Assembly (NCBI GenBank): GCA_024276305.1 | Contig: JAJRXK010000108.1 | Coordinates: forward strand, 8,172-72,171 | Origin: Candidatus Krumholzibacteriota bacterium | GTDB lineage: Bacteria > Krumholzibacteriota > Krumholzibacteriia > JAJRXK01 | Direction of reading: 5' to 3' | Length of the DNA: 64,000 nt | Shown: positions 57,796 through 64,000 of the stretch, one piece after another | How positions within the stretch are numbered: position 1 is the first letter of the stretch | How the letters are laid out: each line of letters opens with the position of its first letter | Program-made: the position numbers and the translations under genes | Notes under the pieces: generated by a model | What the model was told of the DNA's origin: nothing | Seen by the model: the letters and a program-made list of their open reading frames with translations, nothing else | The model's database searches: none

Positions 57796-57822
57796 GTTTC
57801 GGTCCGAGACTTCGACCTTCAT

Positions 57823-57857
57823 CGAGAAGCCCCGGTCCCTGAGACCGGGGCTTCTCG
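57823..57857. terminator. Bidirectional terminator-like hairpin
   Basis: CGAGAAGCCCCGGTC-CCTGA-GACCGGGGCTTCTCG between convergent genes. Confidence 0.8.
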
Positions 57858-57910
57858 CCGCTACCCTTGGGGAGGGCTGGCGTGGCTCCGCCGTGCGGTG
57901 GCGAAGAGAT

Positions 57911-58894
57911 TCAATTCTCGTGCAGCTCCTCGAGTTCCGCGCGAAGTTCGCTCACCTGCTCCTGCAGCTCCTCGAGTTTCTCGCGAAGGCTCCGATCCCC
58001 GCGCATCTCTTGGTATTGGTGAAGTCGCATCCTGGGTCCCCGGAACTTGTGGAGTCCCTGGGGCGCTCTCGGGGGTCCGGGGAAGCGATCGTTCTTGCCA
58101 TCGGGAATGACCATGGTGAAGAACTGATCCTCCTGGAGTTCGACTTCGACGCTCTTCTTCTTTTTCTCGCGGAGGAAGTCGATCTTCACCCGGTCTCCGC
58201 TCTCGTAGTCCGAAAGGGCGGCCTGAAGGTCCGTAGTGTCTTCGACCTCTTCGCCGTCGACGGCCAGAATGACATCGCCCGGCTGCAGTCCCGCCTCCTC
58301 CGCTGCGGAATCCTCGGCCACGCTCAGGACCAGGGCCCCCTCCTCCGTTCCGAAGTAGCGGCCCAGCTCCTTGCCGAGGGTCTCGATCCGGGCCCCGAGG
58401 ACTCCGTGGCGGCGCCAGGAAAAACCGGGGATGTCGCCATCGAAGACTTCGATGTCGTCGTCATCCCCCGAGAAGAAGGCGAAGTTGCGGGATTGGGGGC
58501 TCTTTCCCAGGGTCACCTCGATCTTCTTGGTCTTGCCCTTGCGGAGGACTTCGACGGTGACCTCATCGCCGGCCTTCGAACGGCGGACGCGTCGCGTCAA
58601 TCCGCGCACGCTCTTGGCCGCAGTTCCGTCGAAGCTGATGATGACGTCCCCTTGTTCGATGCCGGCTTCCTCCGCCGGACTGTCTTCGACGACATCGCGC
58701 ACCAGGACGCCGTGATCGGTGCCTTCGAGGTCGAGGGCGACGAGGAGTGCATCGTCGAGGTCTTGGAGGTGAACTCCCAGATAGCCGTGGGCGGCCCCCG
58801 CGAAGGCCGGCCCGGCAAAGAGTGCCACGGCGAGGATGGTCATCAGCACGAGGCGGCGCCGAGGTCCGGACGAGGCTTGGGAATCGAGAATCAT
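57911..58894 (-). CDS. Exported tandem-PDZ protein without protease domain, C-terminal coiled coil
   Basis: GYLGV..SPAEEAGIEQGDVI and VLGA..SAAEEAGLQPGDVI; signal ending AFA. Confidence 0.88.
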   Translation of the reverse strand: MILDSQASSGPRRRLVLMTILAVALFAGPAFAGAAHGYLGVHLQDLDDALLVALDLEGTDHGVLVRDVVEDSPAEEAGIEQGDVIISFDGTAAKSVRGLTRRVRRSKAGDEVTVEVLRKGKTKKIEVTLGKSPQSRNFAFFSGDDDDIEVFDGDIPGFSWRRHGVLGARIETLGKELGRYFGTEEGALVLSVAEDSAAEEAGLQPGDVILAVDGEEVEDTTDLQAALSDYESGDRVKIDFLREKKKKSVEVELQEDQFFTMVIPDGKNDRFPGPPRAPQGLHKFRGPRMRLHQYQEMRGDRSLREKLEELQEQVSELRAELEELHEN

Positions 58895-58974
58895 AGCAGC
58901 AGCTCCTAGCGGTCTTGAAGAGACACAGATGAAGCGACTCGCTGAGAGTCCTTCGGCTGCGGGTTCGATCGTCG

Positions 58975-58999
58975 TACGCGGTCCAGCCTTCCGGGTTCC
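58975..58999 (-). promoter_or_regulatory. Possible ECF-sigma promoter of the PDZ gene
   Basis: Minus strand GGAAC-16 nt-CGTA about 80 nt upstream of the start. Confidence 0.35.
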
Positions 59000-59079
59000 A
59001 ATCGAGTCCAGAGTCCCGGCAATCGCCGTTCAAGATCTCTGGAGGGTGGCCGAAGACCCAGGAGAAGCCCTGTCCCTCG

Positions 59080-61122
59080 GTGACCGGGCGATCCTCCTCA
59101 CCAGCGTGGGAAGCCTTGGCTCCTCTATCTCTTCGTCAGCGATTCTTGGTCGCTCTGCTGCCGGTAGTGGTGGGAGGGCCTCTGGTGGTCGGCCTGGTGG
59201 CGGAGTGGTCCGCATCCCGGTCGAGAGATGCCCACTGGCGGCGCGAACTCGATGTTGGTCTGGCCGCGGTGTCGGCCCCGGTGGTCTCGCACCTGGGCGA
59301 TCTGGATTCGGCCGCTCGAGTCTTCGCCGACCGCTGGGAAGCCTTGGGAGCGGAAGCGGCGGGAGTGGAGGTGGCCCGACGCACTCCGGCTCCGGCTTGG
59401 GTGGAAGAGGCCCGGCTCCTTCTGCGCCAGTGGCCCGAAGTCGAGGAAGTCTTCGCGGTGGCGGACTCCCGCTCCGGAAAGGTCTACGCCCAGGTGCGGC
59501 GAGACTGGGTCCGCAGCTCCGTACTGCGGTCGGAGTCGGGCCCTCCGTGGGTGCGACGACGCGAAGCCCCGCCCCGCCCCGCCTTCCGCTTCACCGAGTC
59601 CGAGGGTGGTCCTCGTCTCTTCTGGACCCCGGAGTCGGGAGAGGATTCCCGTTTCGCGGTGGGTTTGGTCCTCGATCCCCGCTTTCTTCGGCGCGAGGAG
59701 GGGCCCTTCGATCTGGACCTGCCCCACTACTTTGCCCTTCTGGCCCCCGGGGGAGAGGTTCTCTTCGCCCGGAGCGTGGGCGCGGGAGCGATGTGGCCGA
59801 AAGAGCTGGCGCAGCGAGTGCGCACCATGGATCCGGCCCGCCCCGTCGATCCCCAAGCCTGGGAAGCGGAGGGTCGGAGTTGGTGGGTGGGTTGGCGCCA
59901 CGATCCCGCTTCGGGGCTGACTGCGGTTCTGGCCATGTCGCCGGACTCCCAAGGAGGACCGCAGAAATCCCTGGTGCTGGCCCTGGTCATCGCCCTGGCT
60001 GCACTCACCGGCAGCCTCTTCATCAACCACCTCGTGGGCAGGGTGACCCGTCCCCTCGAGAGGTTGGGAAAGGCCATGCGCAGGGTCGCATCAGGGGATC
60101 TCCGGCCCCGCATTCCGGTGCGGGGAAGCGACGAGATGGTCCACCTGGCGCGGTCCTTCAACTCCATGGTGACCGATCTCCACACCACCCATGAGGCCAT
60201 GCTCACCCAACGGGTGGCTCTGAGCGATGCGCTGAGGGAAGCCGAGAGCGTGGAGCGAATGAAGGACGATTTCCTGGCCCTGGTGAGCCACGAGGTGCGC
60301 ACTCCTCTGACCACCATCCTCGGAGGAATCGAATTCCTCCTCGAAGGATTTCGCGAGAGCGACAGCACTACCGAAATCGAGTTCATGACCATGGTGCAGC
60401 AGAGTGCGCAGCGCCTCGGCGATTTCATGAACGACGCCATTCTCATGGCCAACCTTCAGTCCAAGGGCGGAGAACAGGGCTTCGAGGAATTCTCCCTGAC
60501 CGGACTCGTCGACATGGAGATCGCACGGGTGCAGAAGCAGATCGAGGGCTTGGAACTCCACCTCGCTCCGAACTTTCGCCAGACCAAGGAAGTCTTCGTG
60601 GAAGGCGATTGGACTCTCTTCCAAGTCGCCGTTCAGAAGTTGCTCGACAATGCCTGGCGTCACAATCGTCCCCAGGGGAGGATCGTGGTCGACATCGTGG
60701 ACCGGATCGAGGAGGACTCGGGAGAGGATCTCGCGACGCACATGGTGGGTCTCGGACGGGGTCCGCGCCAGGAGTCCCATGTGTGGCGCGCTCTGCGCAT
60801 CGTGAACACTGGAGATTGTGTCGAGGCCCACGAGATCCCCCGACTCTTTCGCCGATTCGAACTCTCGCACGAGATCGACCACCACCAGAAAGGCTCGGGA
60901 CTGTCCTTGCCCATCGTGGCGTCCATCACCGACTACCACGGGGGAGTCCTCGAGGCCCGGCCCCGTCCGGGAGAGGGGATGGCCTTCTACCTCATTCTCT
61001 CCATGCGCGAGGCCGAGGCGCCTCGAAACCGAGTCCCGAATCAGGAGGAAGGCATCGACGATGTGGTCCGGATGGCCCGTGAACTCGGAGAGGTCCCCCG
61101 GGATCAGCCCGTCGCACTCTGA
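59080..61122 (+). CDS. Membrane sensor histidine kinase (periplasmic sensor, HAMP, HisKA, HATPase)
   Basis: Two TMs, HAMP (RPLERL..DE...LARSFN.M), VSHEVRTPL, LLDNAWRHN, GSGLSL. Confidence 0.92.
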   Translation: MTGRSSSPAWEALAPLSLRQRFLVALLPVVVGGPLVVGLVAEWSASRSRDAHWRRELDVGLAAVSAPVVSHLGDLDSAARVFADRWEALGAEAAGVEVARRTPAPAWVEEARLLLRQWPEVEEVFAVADSRSGKVYAQVRRDWVRSSVLRSESGPPWVRRREAPPRPAFRFTESEGGPRLFWTPESGEDSRFAVGLVLDPRFLRREEGPFDLDLPHYFALLAPGGEVLFARSVGAGAMWPKELAQRVRTMDPARPVDPQAWEAEGRSWWVGWRHDPASGLTAVLAMSPDSQGGPQKSLVLALVIALAALTGSLFINHLVGRVTRPLERLGKAMRRVASGDLRPRIPVRGSDEMVHLARSFNSMVTDLHTTHEAMLTQRVALSDALREAESVERMKDDFLALVSHEVRTPLTTILGGIEFLLEGFRESDSTTEIEFMTMVQQSAQRLGDFMNDAILMANLQSKGGEQGFEEFSLTGLVDMEIARVQKQIEGLELHLAPNFRQTKEVFVEGDWTLFQVAVQKLLDNAWRHNRPQGRIVVDIVDRIEEDSGEDLATHMVGLGRGPRQESHVWRALRIVNTGDCVEAHEIPRLFRRFELSHEIDHHQKGSGLSLPIVASITDYHGGVLEARPRPGEGMAFYLILSMREAEAPRNRVPNQEEGIDDVVRMARELGEVPRDQPVAL

Positions 61123-61132
61123 TGGTTCGGCC

Positions 61133-62596
61133 TCAACGCCACGGAAGAGAGATGGCGGAGCTGAGCGCGATCTCCCGACTCCCGCTCGAATTGTAGGCGT
61201 GGGACTGCAGGCCCACCTCGAAGTCGAAGGCGGACCCCCGCCGGAGGAGTCCGGCCCCTCCCTGCCACCGCCGCCGCCGGTCGAATTCGATCCCCCCGCG
61301 CAAGACGAATCGGTCTCCCAGGCCCCCCTCCATGGCGGCGCGGAGGGCCGTGCCTCCCAATCCCCCGTCGGCCTGCAGGCCGATTCTCCGCGCCCCTCCT
61401 CGCCAACCCAGGTCCAGGCGCCATCGAGAGGCCGGACCCGATTCTTTCAGGCGGAGGGAACTCCCCTCTCGGCTTCGCGTGACTTCGTGGGTCAGGGGAT
61501 CGGTCTCGAAGAGGTCGACGGAGCTTCCGGGCCACCTCCATTCGGCCAGCAGGTCCGAGACTCCCGCCCCCAGTTCCCACCCTCCCATGCGGAGGGAGAC
61601 TCCCAGGTCGGCGGCCCAGGTCCCGGCTAGGCCGGAGAGCCCTCGGGCCCGAGAGAATTCTCGGCGCATTTGCGGCCGGTACTGGAGTTGCGACCCCGTG
61701 GACTCGAATTCGAGGCGTCCTCGGTAGCGCCGGTAGAAGAGACCGGTGCTCCGTCGCAGGCTCCATCCCACGGCCAGGCGCAGGGCGCGGGTCTGGGAAT
61801 TCCAGTAGGCCTCCCGCCAGTCCTCTCCGGCCCGAGGCGCGGGCCGATAGACCTCGAATTGCTTGGCCCAGCTGATGCCGCTGCTCAGATTCGCCGCGGT
61901 CCAGGTGTCCACGGTGGCGATGCCCAGGGCGCCCGGGAGCGGGGAATCTCCGTCCATCCAGGATTGCAGGCGGCGGTCGGGACGCAGATCGACCTGGACC
62001 CGCTCTTCGACCTGTGCGACCACCACCCTCAGGGTTCCCCACTGCTGGCCCAGGGGCCACTGCCTCGCCAGGGCTCCGAGGACCCGAGTGAGGCCGAGGT
62101 CACCCCCTCTTCGGGGAAGGATCTCTCTCAGGGAGGTGGGTGAGAGAAGGGCCAGGCTCGGCTCCGTCCCCGTGGGGCCGCCGAAGCCCAGTCCCTCGAA
62201 GTGCTTTCCCCCTCCGCTCAACACCAGCGGATGACGCAGACCCAGGTCCACCGCTCGGATCCACTCGAAGTCCCCGGTCTGCGGATCGAAGCTGGGCCGG
62301 TCGAAGAGCCAGGTTCCCAGCCCGAGGGGCAGTGGCAGGCGATGCCCTCGGCGATGCCCTCGGCGGGGACCTTCCTCCCAGGCCAGGTACGAAGGATTGG
62401 CCGCCAAGCTCGATGCGTCGCGGTTCCCGAAGGCAGTGCCCGCCAACGCGGCCGATCGGGGGTCGAGGCTCTGACCCTGGGCCGGAGCGAAGAGGCTGGC
62501 CCAGGAGAGGGCCACTCCGAAAAGGATCGCCACCGACCTTCTCGCCGAAGCACCCCGTTTCGGGGTCGATGGATTCGGGGATGCCAGGCGCCGCAC
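61133..62596 (-). CDS. Hypothetical exported protein, probable outer membrane beta-barrel
   Basis: Signal peptide; PRSAALAG..ANPSYL N-terminal pattern reminiscent of FadL/PorV-like barrels; alternating beta-strand C-terminus. Confidence 0.6.
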   Translation of the reverse strand: MRRLASPNPSTPKRGASARRSVAILFGVALSWASLFAPAQGQSLDPRSAALAGTAFGNRDASSLAANPSYLAWEEGPRRGHRRGHRLPLPLGLGTWLFDRPSFDPQTGDFEWIRAVDLGLRHPLVLSGGGKHFEGLGFGGPTGTEPSLALLSPTSLREILPRRGGDLGLTRVLGALARQWPLGQQWGTLRVVVAQVEERVQVDLRPDRRLQSWMDGDSPLPGALGIATVDTWTAANLSSGISWAKQFEVYRPAPRAGEDWREAYWNSQTRALRLAVGWSLRRSTGLFYRRYRGRLEFESTGSQLQYRPQMRREFSRARGLSGLAGTWAADLGVSLRMGGWELGAGVSDLLAEWRWPGSSVDLFETDPLTHEVTRSREGSSLRLKESGPASRWRLDLGWRGGARRIGLQADGGLGGTALRAAMEGGLGDRFVLRGGIEFDRRRRWQGGAGLLRRGSAFDFEVGLQSHAYNSSGSREIALSSAISLPWR

Positions 62597-62661
62597 TTGG
62601 TCCCTCCGGTCCTGGCGTGGTACAAGACCCAGGAACCTTCAGTGGGAGAGGATACATATCG

Positions 62662-63648
62662 ATGACGACTCGGAGATTACGCGCCCGGCTGCATCATCAC
62701 CAGTCCGCAACTCCTTCGCCCCGCGCCATGGCGGGAGGAGTGGTCCTCTTGGTGATGGCACTGGCGTCCCTGGTTTCGGCCGAGCCCCGGCTCGAGATTC
62801 TCTCACGCGAGATGATCGACGATGTCGAGCAGGCCTACGTGCGCTACCCGTCTGGGGACCTCCAAGTCACCGGTTGGATCTTCGTCAATCCCTTCGGCGA
62901 GAACGACGTCGAGCCGGGGCTGATCTTCGCCCACGGCGGAGTGGGTGGAGTCAACGAGGCCACCCGTGCGAAGTGCCGATGGTTGGCGCAGCAGGGATAC
63001 ATCGTCTTCGCGCCGAGCTACCGCGGGGAGGACGACAGCGAAGGAGAAATCGAAATCGCCGAGGGGGAAGTCGACGACGTGGTGCATGCCATCCTCGAAC
63101 TCCGCTCCCACCCGGGGATCGAAACCGACACCTTCGTCCTGCTCGGACTGAGTCACGGCGCGCTCATCTCCGTCAAAGCGGCGGCTCGTCCCGAGCTGCG
63201 GGGAGTGGTGCGGGCGGTGGTCGCGGCTTATGGAGTCATGGACATCTACGCCTGGTATCAGTACCTCCTCGACCACGACTTCGACGTCGGTGATGCCCTC
63301 AGCCAGAGGGTCTACGGCTCCGGCCCCGAGGACCGTCCGGAGGCCTTCGCCCGCCGTCACGGTCTTGCGGTGATCGACGACCTCTCCGACGCTCCGATCC
63401 TCCTGATCCAGGGGGGGCGGGACGAGATCGTTCCTCGGTCCCAAGCGACCACCATGATCGCCGCGTTGCGCGAGAAGGGACGGCTTCAGGATCGGATCCG
63501 GATCTACCCCGATGTGGGTCATGGATTCCTCTATTGGGACGATCCCAAGCTCCACGAGCAGGTGGAGCTGCGTCAGGCGACCACCGCGTGGCAGGACATC
63601 CTCAGCTTCTTCGCGGAATTCGTGGGGCACGACGAGTACGGGGGTTAG
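62662..63648 (+). CDS. Exported alpha/beta hydrolase (S9/dienelactone hydrolase-like)
   Basis: HGG, PSYRGE, GLSHG nucleophile elbow, GGRDEIV, GHGF; start 62662 or 62728. Confidence 0.88.
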   Translation: MTTRRLRARLHHHQSATPSPRAMAGGVVLLVMALASLVSAEPRLEILSREMIDDVEQAYVRYPSGDLQVTGWIFVNPFGENDVEPGLIFAHGGVGGVNEATRAKCRWLAQQGYIVFAPSYRGEDDSEGEIEIAEGEVDDVVHAILELRSHPGIETDTFVLLGLSHGALISVKAAARPELRGVVRAVVAAYGVMDIYAWYQYLLDHDFDVGDALSQRVYGSGPEDRPEAFARRHGLAVIDDLSDAPILLIQGGRDEIVPRSQATTMIAALREKGRLQDRIRIYPDVGHGFLYWDDPKLHEQVELRQATTAWQDILSFFAEFVGHDEYGG

Positions 63649-63651
63649 CCC

Positions 63652-64000
63652 GTGTTGCGGTGGCCTCCCCTTCTGGGCGCGGGTCGATGGGTGGCCGTGA
63701 TCTGCGGACTGGCGGCCCTTCTCTGCGTGGCGGTGTCGGCGGGTCTGGCGGCCGCAGATCCGACCCCTCTCCGACGCACTCTCCTCGATCCGCCGGGTTG
63801 GATCCGGGCCGAAGCCTCCCTGGGGACGGCGGTGGCCCGGGTGGAGGAAGTCTGGACCGAGGTCGCCGGGGACATCGCGGCGGGATTGGAGGTGGACCGC
63901 CCCGCTCCGGTGGAGATCGTTCTTCTGGAGTCGGAAACCTTCGCGCGGTGGTCGCGGGGACTGCTGCCGGAATGGGGGGTGGGCTTCGCGAACTGGCCTG
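63652..64000 (+). CDS. Partial exported protein, possibly peptidase MA-like (truncated by window end)
   Basis: Open frame from GTG 63652: signal-like segment then ..VEIVLLES..PEWGVGFANWP; catalytic motif not within the window. Confidence 0.55.
   Translation, partial: MLRWPPLLGAGRWVAVICGLAALLCVAVSAGLAAADPTPLRRTLLDPPGWIRAEASLGTAVARVEEVWTEVAGDIAAGLEVDRPAPVEIVLLESETFARWSRGLLPEWGVGFANWP

Noticed and set aside
62597-62661. GGAACC element upstream of the alpha/beta hydrolase as an ECF promoter
   Set aside because: There is no convincing -10 element at the expected spacing.

Overview
GC-rich (visually about two-thirds G+C) diderm bacterial chromosomal segment with about 45 densely packed genes. I recognised no rRNA, tRNA, CRISPR array, integrase or transposase. 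A secreted protein with a YPNP-led FlgD-Ig-like C-terminal domain and another ending in PV..SWxxVKxxY suggest, by inference, an FCB-related candidate phylum (Krumholzibacteriota/Eisenbacteria/Latescibacterota-like). Content: two TetR-controlled RND efflux loci, MsrB-MsrA, OmpA, several peptidases (S9, PepF, M66-like), OPT, MATE and ThrE transporters, an SGNH+MBOAT O-acylation pair, an ECF sigma/FecR-type pair, glgC, malQ, and a porin/FMN-binding/membrane protein/ApbE operon behind a Fur-like box. The most notable observations are: (1) a 1461-aa RND permease fused to a TolC-like channel through an internal signal peptide, a possible cleavable polyprotein; (2) an FmdB-type zinc-ribbon gene whose TGA is followed by a SECIS-like hairpin, a candidate selenoprotein; (3) two nearby genes each broken by one in-frame stop; (4) the putative iron-regulated flavinylation operon; (5) a hybrid histidine kinase with all kinase motifs degenerate; (6) readable TetR operators and a rod-like structured intergenic segment. 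All family calls come from motif recognition by eye, not database searches. Many start codons were adjusted from the ORF track.
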